From Klebsiella phage KP13-26, in the sequence record OP617743.1: a stretch of DNA of 64,000 nt. One strand, written 5' to 3'. Made by a program: the position numbers and the translations under genes. A model generated the notes under the pieces. The model had not been told where the DNA came from. It worked only from the letters and a program-made list of their open reading frames with translations, and searched no databases. Positions within the stretch are counted from its first letter, which is position 1. The number at the start of each line of letters is the position of its first letter. Of the stretch, positions 45,357 through 55,415 are shown in pieces.

Positions 45357-46442
45357 TCAAAAATCAAACTCTTCATCATCGGCAATATCTTTATTTGCTG
45401 AATTAAGTTTATAATCAGTGCGCTGAATCTCTTGTGCTGCTGCTTGAATTTGATCCGGGTTTAGCCACACATCCATCCAAGCTAAAGGAGTTTGTTTTGG
45501 AGCACGGAATTTGTGTTTCATCTTTAAACGACGATAAATAGGTGCAGCATTGAAGTAAACCCATTGTTTTGACAACTCAGCATTCAGGCCAACGATAACA
45601 CGTCCTTCACTGAACAGATAATCGCACCAATCTTCTTCTTGGGCAATAATAGTATCCAGAATAGCAGTCAGTTCTTCAATGTTATCTTCATAAACTTTCT
45701 TCCATTCAGGTTCTTTCATCAGCGCGTCAATAATAGCATAATCCATCTTAACATGCAATACCTCATCCAACATAATTTTCTGAATCAGCTTACATGCACC
45801 AACGAACAATTGTTGCTCTGCTAAAGCAAATGTTGCAGAGAAAGAAGAAATAAACTGAATACCTTCCAGACCAATTAGAGCAATCATACCTTTGAGGATC
45901 AACAGACGCAGGTCGTCATTTGCTTCCAGTTGTCCTAGAGCGTATTTGTGACCAGCTTCATACAGTTCTGACATCACTTCTTCCACAACACCCATACGCT
46001 GGAAAATACGGTCATTCTCCATGATCTGTTCAATCACTTCGTTTGGATTTGGAATACACTGACGGATAATTTCAGAGTAAGTGAGAGCGTGAAGCACTTC
46101 AATTTCAGATTGCTTCATCATCATCGCACAAGCTTCGTTATTACTCAGGAACGGAGCAAACAACGTGATAATAGATTTCGCCAGGGAATCATTCTCCCAC
46201 TGGAACGACAGGTTCTTTATCATCACATCGTAGTTATTGGCAGAACACGCTACGAAGTCTTTTCTTGTTTGATCTAAGTTGACTTCATTTTCATCCCAAT
46301 CTTGGGCCTTTTGTAGTTTGTACAAGCGATGCATTTCAGGATAGGTAACATTAATGGAATCGAAGATACCCAGTTGTTCACCTAAGAAGACCGGGTATTT
46401 ACCCTCTTTGTAAGTTTCGTTATGTAAGTTAATTGCTGCCAT
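45357..46442 (-). CDS. nrdB: Ribonucleotide reductase class Ia small subunit
   Basis: Di-iron ligand blocks (…EVLHV…, FALAEQQLF); 361 aa. Confidence 0.85.
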   Translation of the reverse strand: MAAINLHNETYKEGKYPVFLGEQLGIFDSINVTYPEMHRLYKLQKAQDWDENEVNLDQTRKDFVACSANNYDVMIKNLSFQWENDSLAKSIITLFAPFLSNNEACAMMMKQSEIEVLHALTYSEIIRQCIPNPNEVIEQIMENDRIFQRMGVVEEVMSELYEAGHKYALGQLEANDDLRLLILKGMIALIGLEGIQFISSFSATFALAEQQLFVGACKLIQKIMLDEVLHVKMDYAIIDALMKEPEWKKVYEDNIEELTAILDTIIAQEEDWCDYLFSEGRVIVGLNAELSKQWVYFNAAPIYRRLKMKHKFRAPKQTPLAWMDVWLNPDQIQAAAQEIQRTDYKLNSANKDIADDEEFDF

Positions 46443-46774
46443 TATTTTAAATCCTCCACGATATTACACGATGTTTTAATTGCCTCAATGTGTTTTTGTT
46501 CCATGTTTTCCATTTGATAAAGTGATTCCAATGCTTCCCATACACTTTTTGTTAGCAGGATTGTACCAGTATTATTCCTTTTCCCAAAGTATCTAGACAT
46601 AGCCCATGCTGTGGCCTCTGGATCATCTGAAGCCCATATTTCAACGTTATCAAACTGCATACCTGCAATACACTTACAACACCAACTAGACGTAAAATCT
46701 TTACTATCAACTAATATATAGTTTCCATTTCGTCTTAAAGGTGTTACGCCAGGGAGTACGATTAACGTATGCAT
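46442..46774 (-). CDS. hypothetical protein between nrdA and nrdB (111 aa)
   Basis: Start at internal ATG after AAGGAGG; the 46837 start lies inside the nrdA terminator and is rejected. Confidence 0.45.
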   Translation of the reverse strand: MHTLIVLPGVTPLRRNGNYILVDSKDFTSSWCCKCIAGMQFDNVEIWASDDPEATAWAMSRYFGKRNNTGTILLTKSVWEALESLYQMENMEQKHIEAIKTSCNIVEDLK

Positions 46775-46785
46775 ATTCCTCCTTA

Positions 46786-46810
46786 GAAAAATAAAGGGGC
46801 TTTCGCCCCT
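46786..46810 (-). terminator. Rho-independent terminator after nrdA
   Basis: GGGGC-GAAA-GCCCC stem followed by TTTATTTTTCT on the minus strand. Confidence 0.55.
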
Positions 46811-46815
46811 TGATA

Positions 46816-49065
46816 CTACATCTTGCAAGCGGAACAACCATCTTCATCAAAACCAGAATCCTCTTGGGCCAAAGATTCGGCTGACTTAGTTTTACTATTC
46901 AGATAGTAAAGAGACTTACCACCTAACTTAGCAAATGTAAAGATAAATTGCATCTGAGCTTTAATAGATAGACGACCACCCTCCATTTTTGAATAGTCAA
47001 CCCATTCATCACAGGAAATACCCTGATCCATGAATTTAGTTAACAATCCGTACATTTCAGCAACATCCTTTGGAGGAGTATCCCATGCACTCTGATAAAC
47101 AGTTTTCAGCTTTTCGTAGTCAGGTACGATAAACAATACGTTCCCTTTCTGACTCTGTTTATACATGATTGTGTCACGTACTGGATATACAGAATTGGTG
47201 GTGTTACTCACTAGGCTACTTGATTCGTTCGGTGCAATAGCTGTTAATACACTGTTGCGGATACCACCCTGAGCAATAATCTCCTGGCGTAATCCTTCCC
47301 AATCGTGTTTCAACTCAAAGTTGCCAATATCATCCACCGCTTTTGAGTAGGTGTCAATTGGGAGCCAACCTTGAGGCCATTTGGTTTTGTCAATCCATTC
47401 TGCATTACCTTTCTCTTTCGCCAAGCGAAGAGATGCACTTGCCAACCAGAAATAGTGGCGTTCGGCTAACTCGTGAATCAGTTTCTTACCATACGGATCA
47501 GAATATGTCGCGAAGTTACTTGCGAGATAATGAGCAAGGTTTGTAATCCCAACACCGATGGAACGACGAGCTTTCGCTGTGATCTCATTGTGCTTGAATG
47601 GGTAAACCATTGTCTCAATAACGTTGTCGATTGTCAATACGGTATAGTAAGCGACATCTTCATACTCTTCCGGTTTAACTCTACCAGCAACGATAGAAGA
47701 TAGGAAGCACAAAGCTAATTCCTGATCCTCAGTATTATCACCAGTGAAAAGATCCGTCATCTTATGGAATGCTTTCGTCGGCAGGAAAATTTCCTGACAC
47801 AGGTTTGACTGATACACGGTATCAATAAACGGTGTGTGATTATTTACGTTGTCAGCAAAGAACATATAAATACGTCCTGTTTCTGCACGTTGAATAATAA
47901 TCTCCGTCAATAGATCACGAGCTTTAACGAATTTCTTTTTAATACGTTTACGACTAACACGGTCATAAACCTCATCAAACTCTTCTTCGCTCTTATAAAG
48001 CGCCTCATAGAGTTCTGGAGCATCATCACAACTCACCAACATCCATTCTTCACCTTTCGCTGCACGACGCAGGAAGGAACGGTTAACCACAACAGAATAA
48101 TCTAACTTATCTACACGCTTGTCAACTGGAGTTGTCGGATTCTTGATACGGATTAAGTCATCAAAATCTGGTTCCAAGATAGTGTATGTGACGGTAGCAC
48201 TACCACCACGACTTGCCTGTTTTGAAGCACCAACACTATCTTCCATCCACTTCAAATAGGGAAGTAATCCACCGTGAATAATACGGTTTTTCTTAACTCC
48301 TTGTCCCGTAGCACGAGTCTGAAGGTTAACACCAATACCAGCGTTATTCAGAGTATACTCGTGTGCGAGATAGTTTGCAATAGCCAACGATTCTGCTGTA
48401 TCGTCTGCACGGAACAAACAACAAGAAGCACTACCCGGAATAGGAGTACGCAGTGTCGTCAGATAAGGTGACGGTAGATTGATTTTAAGATCGCTGACAT
48501 AGGTGTACAGGCGCTTAATATCTTCAATGCGTCGTTCCTTCGGCTGGATCTCCATTACCTTCATTGCCACACCGATAAATAAGAACTGTGGAGATTCATG
48601 AACAATATCGTTCACGGCATCTTTAACTAGGTATTTATCTGACATTTGGCGAAGAACAGAGTAACCATAGCCCAAGTTCTTATCGTGTTTAACAATCTTG
48701 CCTATTTCTTTAATTTCTTCTTCGGTATAGTCCATTTTGATCCAGTGGCCTTGGCTCACCATATCTCTATAGAAATCATTCAGGGAAGGGATACTGTGGT
48801 ATCCCCCATGTGCCTGCTTATAAATCATACCAAGAAGTAATCGACCAGCCATATCACTATATGCTTGAGTTTTCTTGTCAATACACGCAGAGATCATTGC
48901 TTTATGCAGATCACGTGTTGACACCCCATCATAACAACGTTTTACAGCTTCTAATTCAATTTCAGACCAGTTTAGTTTTCCGGCAGCGAATTCAGACCAT
49001 TTACGAAGTTTCTCTGGATTAAACTCTTCTTTCTTTCCATTAGATTTGGTTACGTATCGAATCAC
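46816..49065 (-). CDS. nrdA: Ribonucleotide reductase class Ia large subunit
   Basis: ATP-cone N-terminus; NLCQEIFLPT active-site block; C-terminal CxxC tail; GTG start after GGAG. Confidence 0.9.
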   Translation of the reverse strand: MIRYVTKSNGKKEEFNPEKLRKWSEFAAGKLNWSEIELEAVKRCYDGVSTRDLHKAMISACIDKKTQAYSDMAGRLLLGMIYKQAHGGYHSIPSLNDFYRDMVSQGHWIKMDYTEEEIKEIGKIVKHDKNLGYGYSVLRQMSDKYLVKDAVNDIVHESPQFLFIGVAMKVMEIQPKERRIEDIKRLYTYVSDLKINLPSPYLTTLRTPIPGSASCCLFRADDTAESLAIANYLAHEYTLNNAGIGVNLQTRATGQGVKKNRIIHGGLLPYLKWMEDSVGASKQASRGGSATVTYTILEPDFDDLIRIKNPTTPVDKRVDKLDYSVVVNRSFLRRAAKGEEWMLVSCDDAPELYEALYKSEEEFDEVYDRVSRKRIKKKFVKARDLLTEIIIQRAETGRIYMFFADNVNNHTPFIDTVYQSNLCQEIFLPTKAFHKMTDLFTGDNTEDQELALCFLSSIVAGRVKPEEYEDVAYYTVLTIDNVIETMVYPFKHNEITAKARRSIGVGITNLAHYLASNFATYSDPYGKKLIHELAERHYFWLASASLRLAKEKGNAEWIDKTKWPQGWLPIDTYSKAVDDIGNFELKHDWEGLRQEIIAQGGIRNSVLTAIAPNESSSLVSNTTNSVYPVRDTIMYKQSQKGNVLFIVPDYEKLKTVYQSAWDTPPKDVAEMYGLLTKFMDQGISCDEWVDYSKMEGGRLSIKAQMQFIFTFAKLGGKSLYYLNSKTKSAESLAQEDSGFDEDGCSACKM

Positions 49066-49075
49066 TTCTACTCCA

Positions 49076-49324
49076 TTAATTATGCATATTTAGAACATCT
49101 ACATCATACCCTGTTTTCATTTCGTTATATAAGCCATTTGCATATAAGAATCCTTCAAAATGAGTAATATCTTGAAAACCTTTTTCTTTAGCTTTACGAT
49201 CTGCTTCTTGTCTTTTAGGGGATAATCGTTTAGATGTGTCTTTAATTACTGTGACATTACAGCCAATACTTTCATCAAAGTAAACTTCAATATCACAACC
49301 TTCATATTTATTACTTTCGGTCAT
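49076..49324 (-). CDS. hypothetical protein (82 aa)
   Basis: ATG 49324 after GAGAGG. Confidence 0.5.
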   Translation of the reverse strand: MTESNKYEGCDIEVYFDESIGCNVTVIKDTSKRLSPKRQEADRKAKEKGFQDITHFEGFLYANGLYNEMKTGYDVDVLNMHN

Positions 49325-49336
49325 TTGGCCTCTCAA

Positions 49337-49750
49337 TTAGAAATCAGAGCCATCATCATTACGTGACGGATCATGTTCATTTCCAAAGTCTTCCATTTTA
49401 ATATGAGAAACACCCCAACCTTCAAATTCTTCTTCTCCAAAATGTAAAATGTCATTGTTTTGATATACACGTTTAAATAGACAATTTGCATCTACAGGGA
49501 AAGTAAATAAAGTGGTTTTAGCATAAACAACACGACGATTATTATTACTACGAATATTCATATCGCGCTCGACAGTGTAATGTCCATTTTCAGGCATACC
49601 TAACATAACGAGAGCAGCTCGTAACACATTAGAATATTCTGAATTTGGGATTGTGCCATTATTTTCCTGTTCTTTTTTCTGCCAGATAGGTGTAGCTTTG
49701 ATGGTAGACATGCTTACGGTCGCCCAAGTGGTTGTATTAATTAGTGACAT
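49337..49750 (-). CDS. hypothetical protein (137 aa)
   Basis: AAGGAGA RBS. Confidence 0.6.
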   Translation of the reverse strand: MSLINTTTWATVSMSTIKATPIWQKKEQENNGTIPNSEYSNVLRAALVMLGMPENGHYTVERDMNIRSNNNRRVVYAKTTLFTFPVDANCLFKRVYQNNDILHFGEEEFEGWGVSHIKMEDFGNEHDPSRNDDGSDF

Positions 49751-49771
49751 AAATTCTCCTTATTCTCCAAA

Positions 49772-49789
49772 GGAGAGCTATAGCTCTCC
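49772..49789 (-). terminator. Perfect 18-bp palindrome GGAGAGCTATAGCTCTCC (hairpin terminator; a minus-strand TTGACT-N17-TAAGAT promoter overlaps it)
   Basis: Seen in sequence. Confidence 0.4.
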
Positions 49790-49826
49790 CAACGTTATGC
49801 TATCTTACATCAATCTCAAGTAAAAG

Positions 49827-50249
49827 TCAATAGGAGTTTGGTAAATATCTCCCTGTGGTTAAATCTCTGGGGTTGGTTGGTTTTAACCCCATATTTATAG
49901 CGTGGGTAGTGTTTTCTTTTTCAGTACACCACTCCAGATTTTCCACGGTGTTATTATGTTTGTTACCATCTTTATGGTTGACAAAAGGTTTGTTATCAGG
50001 GTTTGGAATAAACGCTTCTGCAACTAACCTGTGAACCCTGTACGTCTTAACAATACCATCCTTAGCTAGCCGTATGGTAAGGTAGCCTGTGCCATGTTCT
50101 GAACACTTTCTTTCACATTCTGGTACAAACTGTTGAACATCACCGTAAGGAGTTTTCCTTGTAACCCATCTCTCTAAACTATAAACCTTACCATTTTCAT
50201 CAACTTCGTAGACGCCCTCATACCCTTTAACAGATTTACGTTTTACCAT
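49827..50249 (-). CDS. HNH homing endonuclease (NUMOD4 + HNH_3)
   Basis: GYEGVYEV and HRLVAEAF...[10 protein letters not shown] motifs. Confidence 0.75.
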   Translation of the reverse strand: MVKRKSVKGYEGVYEVDENGKVYSLERWVTRKTPYGDVQQFVPECERKCSEHGTGYLTIRLAKDGIVKTYRVHRLVAEAFIPNPDNKPFVNHKDGNKHNNTVENLEWCTEKENTTHAINMGLKPTNPRDLTTGRYLPNSY

Positions 50250-51211
50250 TTAGTGTGGTTCGGTAGTAGTTGTCTATATTGCACCCATCCTTTGAAATTA
50301 GCACTCCAGAAGTTACCATGCTTGTCTACATGAGTATAACCTTCATATCTATTAAGGGTGGCAAATACATCTTCACCTGTTGAAGAATCAACTACTAGCA
50401 TGGGAGTGGCAATATGTTCGAAAGGAGAAGCATGTACCTTACGACCAGTTAGTAAACGTCCATAGATATCCAAAGCTTTATCTTTAGTAGAGTTTAGACG
50501 ACGATAACTCACCTGCGCACAACAGGATGATGAAATAGCTTTAGCTTCTTGCTCATCTAGGATAACTTTCTCGCCATTTTCATCTTCTACGTAATAGCCG
50601 CAGAATACCCAGACGTCATCCCCTTCTGTACCAATATTTTCGTAGAAGTGTTCTACGTAAGGTGTATGCCACTGCCCTGGATGAAGCAGTTCTGGAGTTG
50701 AAGATTCCACTTCTTTATGCATAGCTTTAGCCAGAGCTTCAATAGTAGGATCAGCTTCCTCGTCATCTCGTAGCCACCAAAAGTTTTCATATTCTGTTGC
50801 AGTGAGCACTGTTTTCATTCTCTGGAACGGCTCTAGGAGACGATTAGCAATCTGCTTATGATAACCAGCTTCTGCTAGTTCTTCTGCAAAACGTGCTGCA
50901 CTAAGAGCAGCCAATTTCCACCATTCACGACCAGTGTATCCTGCACCCACAATACCATCGTGTTCTACGCCCTTATCTTGCATACCTGGTTGATTAGCCC
51001 CAAACCGATAAGGCATTGCAGGTTCATTTCTAACCATTTCAATTAGTGTTTTTACTGGAATTGCGCGGCTAGAAGCAGCATTTCTACTGAATAAGCGATG
51101 TGTCATTAACTCGCTATGGATGATTCGAGGGTATTCCAACTCGAAGGTGATGATTTCATTTCCACGCCCATTATGTGAATGAGCAATTACTTTTGCGCTA
51201 ATATCTGGCAT
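50243..51211 (-). CDS. thyX: Flavin-dependent thymidylate synthase
   Basis: ThyX-type motif …[16 protein letters not shown] (H-R then Ser 7 residues later); AAGGAGA RBS. Longer than typical ThyX (322 aa). Confidence 0.6.
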   Translation of the reverse strand: MPDISAKVIAHSHNGRGNEIITFELEYPRIIHSELMTHRLFSRNAASSRAIPVKTLIEMVRNEPAMPYRFGANQPGMQDKGVEHDGIVGAGYTGREWWKLAALSAARFAEELAEAGYHKQIANRLLEPFQRMKTVLTATEYENFWWLRDDEEADPTIEALAKAMHKEVESSTPELLHPGQWHTPYVEHFYENIGTEGDDVWVFCGYYVEDENGEKVILDEQEAKAISSSCCAQVSYRRLNSTKDKALDIYGRLLTGRKVHASPFEHIATPMLVVDSSTGEDVFATLNRYEGYTHVDKHGNFWSANFKGWVQYRQLLPNHTKW

Positions 51212-51220
51212 TGTTTCTCC

Positions 51221-51820
51221 TTATTTATGATAAATGTCCACAACATTAAAGATATCCTTCCAAGGATCTTCAATTGAAGTTATCAATACATTTGGTAGTG
51301 CTTTTAATTCTTCTAAAAATGGGTCTTCGTAAATAGTATTAAAGTATACCTTTACAACATGATCAGGGAATAGAACAAGATTCTCTGCCCGATCATCAAT
51401 TGTTATGTCACAAGGTAGTAAGTATTTCTCCTTTGTTGCGAAGAAGCCATTACCTGTTCCTCTCCCAAAATCAAATTCAGGAAGGTTACGCTTTATATAA
51501 CGATATTTGGAACTAAAGTGTCCACCCTTTGTATGGCTTGCAATGAGAAGTGAATCCCCCGCTTTACCAAAGTAGTTAAGTGTTTCGACACTTCCTGGTA
51601 CTGTACCCATTGTGTCGTATAGATGCTGATTATCCCAGAAGGAATGTGGGTCTATCCCAAATCTCTTTTCGAAATCAGGAAAGTATGCGGATAGGTTGTA
51701 AAGTGCATCTTTGCCAGAAGTTGGCAATACCACGTTATCACCACTCACAGCATTCAACCAAGCAAGCCAGGGAACATCAGCCGGAGCTATTACTAAATCA
51801 CAATCACAAACGATTCTCAT
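51221..51820 (-). CDS. HAD-superfamily 5'(3')-deoxyribonucleotidase-like protein
   Basis: N-terminal DxDxV (CDCDLV) motif directly after the Met; GAGGAG RBS. Confidence 0.4.
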   Translation of the reverse strand: MRIVCDCDLVIAPADVPWLAWLNAVSGDNVVLPTSGKDALYNLSAYFPDFEKRFGIDPHSFWDNQHLYDTMGTVPGSVETLNYFGKAGDSLLIASHTKGGHFSSKYRYIKRNLPEFDFGRGTGNGFFATKEKYLLPCDITIDDRAENLVLFPDHVVKVYFNTIYEDPFLEELKALPNVLITSIEDPWKDIFNVVDIYHK

Positions 51821-51862
51821 GTTTCTCCTCAAAGCCCCGTCTGTGGGGCTTATATTACTCTC

Positions 51863-52435
51863 TTAAGACTTAGATGCAAGCAAAATTTCAACTATCTGTT
51901 TTCTTCGCTTAATTATTGTACTGGCGGGAATAACCCCACGTTTTGTAAGCCAAGCTTTATCTTTTTTAGCTGAACACAAAGCAATTGCTTCTTTCTCTAT
52001 TCTAGCTTCTTCAAAAGAAATTCCATGTTTATCTGCATAAGCATGGATGGCATTACATTGTTTACACAGAATACGCAAGTCTTCCTCCTTAACATATAGA
52101 AGACGTAGGACAAATTCTGGCACATCTTCATAACATGTTAGGGCTTTTGCAGGATAAATATGGTCTACCTGAAAATCTGCCATTTTACCTGTATGTCCAC
52201 AGATATCGCAAGTGCAATTCCATATTTGCTTAGGCTTACCTGTTTTCTTATCTAACATGACATTTCCGTCTTTGTCAAGTCTATCTACTTTGAATCTTGC
52301 AGCATTAAGTTTTTTTATTTTGTTAGGGTGTACCATCCAAGCTCTACGTAAACACCCTCTTATATACGTATAAAATTCTGCTTGTGTTTTCCAGGGAGTT
52401 CCTTCTCCCCACATTATTTTTGGTTCTTTATTCAC
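51863..52435 (-). CDS. HNH endonuclease domain protein
   Basis: CDICGHTG...DHIYP HNH motif. Confidence 0.5.
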   Translation of the reverse strand: MNKEPKIMWGEGTPWKTQAEFYTYIRGCLRRAWMVHPNKIKKLNAARFKVDRLDKDGNVMLDKKTGKPKQIWNCTCDICGHTGKMADFQVDHIYPAKALTCYEDVPEFVLRLLYVKEEDLRILCKQCNAIHAYADKHGISFEEARIEKEAIALCSAKKDKAWLTKRGVIPASTIIKRRKQIVEILLASKS

Positions 52436-52616
52436 TACTACTTACCTTCTCTGCTGAATAATCACCCGGTGGAATGTTATATTTGAAAAATAGCATTCTA
52501 TCTAAACCTGATTTACACATATGCTCAGGGATAACAATAGTATGAAGAAGTTTGCTTTTTCTTTTATTATATATGTGATAAACATCTCCTTCCCTATATT
52601 GTTTATTCTCTGCCAT
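52428..52616 (-). CDS. hypothetical protein (62 aa)
   Basis: ORF. Confidence 0.45.
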   Translation of the reverse strand: MAENKQYREGDVYHIYNKRKSKLLHTIVIPEHMCKSGLDRMLFFKYNIPPGDYSAEKVSSSE

Positions 52617-53001
52617 CAAGTTTTCTCTTTAAAGATTCTACTTCCGCTACTGCTGCAAAGTAGTCCTGATGAATCATAGCTTTTAATGCAGCTTGAATAA
52701 AAGGATCTTCAGAATACATGTCAATAAGGATTTCTGCTTGTTCCTTCTTCTCTTGACTATTGAACAATGGGTAGTTGCTTTTGAGATAATTTGGTGCAGA
52801 AGCACAGATATCCCGTTCAATATTAATACAATGAATGGCCTTATTTAAATTGACTAATCTATCGCCTTTATCTCTGATGATGTATTTAGCTAGCTTAGTA
52901 AAACAAGGTGTTCCCCCAATAAGATATGCTAATTCTAGGGGTTGCATTTTAAGACGTTTGTAATGATCGCCATCTATTTGAATGTTTAATGCATCAGACA
53001 T
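52603..53001 (-). CDS. hypothetical protein (133 aa)
   Basis: Internal ATG after AGGAGA, preceded by a terminator. Confidence 0.5.
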   Translation of the reverse strand: MSDALNIQIDGDHYKRLKMQPLELAYLIGGTPCFTKLAKYIIRDKGDRLVNLNKAIHCINIERDICASAPNYLKSNYPLFNSQEKKEQAEILIDMYSEDPFIQAALKAMIHQDYFAAVAEVESLKRKLDGRE

Positions 53002-53010
53002 ATAATCTCC

Positions 53011-53036
53011 TAAATAAGAAAGGGGCCGAAGCCCCT
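53011..53036 (-). terminator. Rho-independent terminator
   Basis: GGGGC-TTCG-GCCCC stem followed by TTTCTTATTTA on the minus strand. Confidence 0.55.
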
Positions 53037-53041
53037 GTGTG

Positions 53042-54010
53042 TTAGATACCAATAGTTGTATTGGCACGTTTTTCTTTATTACGTAGGTTAATACGCCCAC
53101 GAGACAAGCTGTTGCAAGAGGAGCAGCGCAACACTTGGAATGTACTTACCGTGGTATGATAAAACTTACCAGGTACAATTTCTAAATGATCCTTCCCACA
53201 ACGAGGACAACGAACATTCTCGTCTTCGTAATAAGCTGACAGATTAGGATGTTGAGGAATCCACGCCAAGATTTTAATGTACAAATCACGTAATGAAACT
53301 ACATCCCCGTCATTATATGTTTGCATACGTTCGAAAGCACTTTTATCACCTTCGCAACAAGCTTTCCACAATGGGAATCCTTCATTATCTAGCTTTTCGC
53401 TTTCTGTTTCAAAGTATGCACCCATTTCTTTTAACGAGTTGGACGGTAGCGCAAACTGTTTCTTGGCTGCTTTCAATGTGTCTACAACAACATACGTAGA
53501 TGGTGGTTTCATACCATGATAAGCAAATCTTTGATTAATGTAGGCTCTATCAAACTTATACCCATTGTGTGCGACAACCACATCAGCATCATCTAGAATC
53601 TGCCATAGGTCTTGACACAATTCCCAATCATCTGTATGATCGATATCGAACAACGGGTATGAAGTTAAGTTCTTACCTTCTACTTCTCCTGTATAAAGAT
53701 CAGAAATAGAATAAGACAACAGATAACCACGTTTAATAACTTGATCTGGTGAAATAAAAGCTTTGAAACGGCGGAAACTATAAACAATTTCCGGGGCTGT
53801 CTCTACGTCAATGATTTTGATTACAGGCTGTTTAATTCCATCTGCAATATCCCTGACTTCACTAAGACTCTCGCCACGTGCAAGAAAATCATTTACTGTG
53901 CTCTTTCTACTGGCACTTCCTAGAACTTTAGCTGCAATGTGTCTTGAAGAATAACCCGCAGCTTTCATCGATGCAATTTCGATTTTCTGTTCATTTGTTA
54001 ACTTACTCAA
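53042..54010 (-). CDS. DnaQ-like DEDDy 3'-5' exonuclease with N-terminal HTH and C-terminal zinc ribbon
   Basis: Exo I IIDVETAP, Exo II HNGYKFDRAY, Exo III YNDGD, CPRCG...CSSC. TTG start after AGAGGAGGAAG. Confidence 0.6.
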   Translation of the reverse strand: MSKLTNEQKIEIASMKAAGYSSRHIAAKVLGSASRKSTVNDFLARGESLSEVRDIADGIKQPVIKIIDVETAPEIVYSFRRFKAFISPDQVIKRGYLLSYSISDLYTGEVEGKNLTSYPLFDIDHTDDWELCQDLWQILDDADVVVAHNGYKFDRAYINQRFAYHGMKPPSTYVVVDTLKAAKKQFALPSNSLKEMGAYFETESEKLDNEGFPLWKACCEGDKSAFERMQTYNDGDVVSLRDLYIKILAWIPQHPNLSAYYEDENVRCPRCGKDHLEIVPGKFYHTTVSTFQVLRCSSCNSLSRGRINLRNKEKRANTTIGI

Positions 54011-55122
54011 ACTTCCTCCTCTTCTGAGATATAGCTCTGAAGCATACTCTCAAATGTTGTTTCATCTTTATCCCAACGTTTCATATAAACCAACTGGAAT
54101 ATTGTTTCTAGCCATTCATCAGTAGTCAGATATACATCTACCCCATCGAAAGATGTAAAAGTAACTCCTGTAGGGAACCATTCATAGTACTGGTCTTTTA
54201 CGGTTTGGAATAATTCCGCTTGGGTTTTACACTGAGATATTAATTTATAACATGTCATATCGCCAAATTTAATATCAAAATCTTGGTATGGGCGGATACT
54301 ATCTGTTTTATCTCCCATAAGCATCTGGTATGCTAACCAATAACTACCCCAGCCCTTAACCTCTTTCTTTTTACTTTTTTCTACTACCCAAATATCTCCG
54401 ATAGAGTCATCTATCAGAATTATCTGAGGTGTTTTAAACACACCATCTTCTTTATAGAAGTTGAATAGTAAACTAGGAGTGGATAAGCTGTCCTTATCTA
54501 TTGAGCACACTACGTATGAAAATTTCCCTGTTTTAAGGTAATCTTGGTATCCCGTATACCCATATTTTTCAAGTTCATCGTCTGCTTCAATATCTGTGAC
54601 TACATCCCCGTTATGTTGTTCCACAAGGTAGTTTTTAGTCTCAGATAATTGTAAGGGTTTTATTTCAGATCTTTCAGATTTGTATTCTGTTGGCATTTGG
54701 AATAAATGCCGGAATGTTTTACCTACACCAATAACGCCACGGTATTTTGTTACTTTGAGATGGTCTAAAATACCACCGATTTTTGTTTTTGCTGCTTGAA
54801 AAGTGAATGCAATGTTATCAGGAGCAACTTGAACATCTTCAATGTCAAAATCTTCTTTTGAGAAAGTTTTTTTGCCTGCCTTCTCTCTTGAGCTATTTAA
54901 AGCTCCTAACCAACCCCCAATGGTTGTTTTACTACTTCCCCAAAAATCGGTACGTTTATCAAACTCTTTTGTGTTCCCGGAAGATTTGTGTATAACTTTG
55001 ATTGAACGTTTCTCTAAAGCAGATGCGGCTTGGAAAGCAATCTGATCATAGTCAATTACAAGTGTTGTATTTTCATCAATATACTTATGTAAATCTTCCG
55101 GCTCTATTAATATGTAGCCGAT
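54007..55122 (-). CDS. FEN-family 5'-3' exonuclease / RNase H-like; N-terminal 145 codons lack a canonical start
   Basis: The track ORF 54007-54696 carries DIEADDEL and GDKTDSIRPY (H3TH) blocks. Its upstream in-frame extension 54697-55131 carries the FEN N-motif TLVIDYDQIAFQAAS but has no ATG, GTG or TTG. A possible ATC start at 55122 follows AGGAGGG. Confidence 0.45.
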   Translation of the reverse strand: MGYILIEPEDLHKYIDENTTLVIDYDQIAFQAASALEKRSIKVIHKSSGNTKEFDKRTDFWGSSKTTIGGWLGALNSSREKAGKKTFSKEDFDIEDVQVAPDNIAFTFQAAKTKIGGILDHLKVTKYRGVIGVGKTFRHLFQMPTEYKSERSEIKPLQLSETKNYLVEQHNGDVVTDIEADDELEKYGYTGYQDYLKTGKFSYVVCSIDKDSLSTPSLLFNFYKEDGVFKTPQIILIDDSIGDIWVVEKSKKKEVKGWGSYWLAYQMLMGDKTDSIRPYQDFDIKFGDMTCYKLISQCKTQAELFQTVKDQYYEWFPTGVTFTSFDGVDVYLTTDEWLETIFQLVYMKRWDKDETTFESMLQSYISEEEEV

Positions 55123-55131
55123 ATTACCCTC

Positions 55132-55341
55132 CTATTCATCATCCTCGTCGGTTGAAAATGTCTTTGTATATGGACATTGACGATTTACAGATACTTCGTA
55201 GGTGAAGTCATAATTTGAGTTAGAATAGAAACAAACTTTTGTATCACCACTCACAGTTTCTCCTGAATTTGGAATGGTTATTTGCCCTGCTTTTGCAGAA
55301 GCACTTGTGATTAATAATAAAACAAGTAGAATGTTCTTCAT
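55132..55341 (-). CDS. small secreted protein (69 aa) with signal peptide
   Basis: MKNILLVLLLITSASA/KA. Its TAG stop is in-frame with the FEN extension. Confidence 0.5.
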   Translation of the reverse strand: MKNILLVLLLITSASAKAGQITIPNSGETVSGDTKVCFYSNSNYDFTYEVSVNRQCPYTKTFSTDEDDE

Positions 55342-55415
55342 AATATTATCCTCATAATGCCCACCTAACTAAGTAGGAGGGCATGTTAACACAAACGAAG
55401 TCCGTAAGTCAAGCG

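Noticed and set aside
54697-54760. Walker A-like GVIGVGKT in the FEN upstream extension, initially read as a P-loop NTPase
   Set aside because: The surrounding sequence aligns with FEN/RNase H, not a kinase. The position corresponds to the region before the GxEADD block. It is probably a fortuitous glycine-rich loop.
55132-55341. Secreted signal-peptide-FEN fusion via amber read-through as the primary model
   Set aside because: A cleavable Sec signal on a DNA-repair nuclease is biologically implausible. Non-AUG initiation or sequence error is more likely, but this cannot be excluded from sequence alone.
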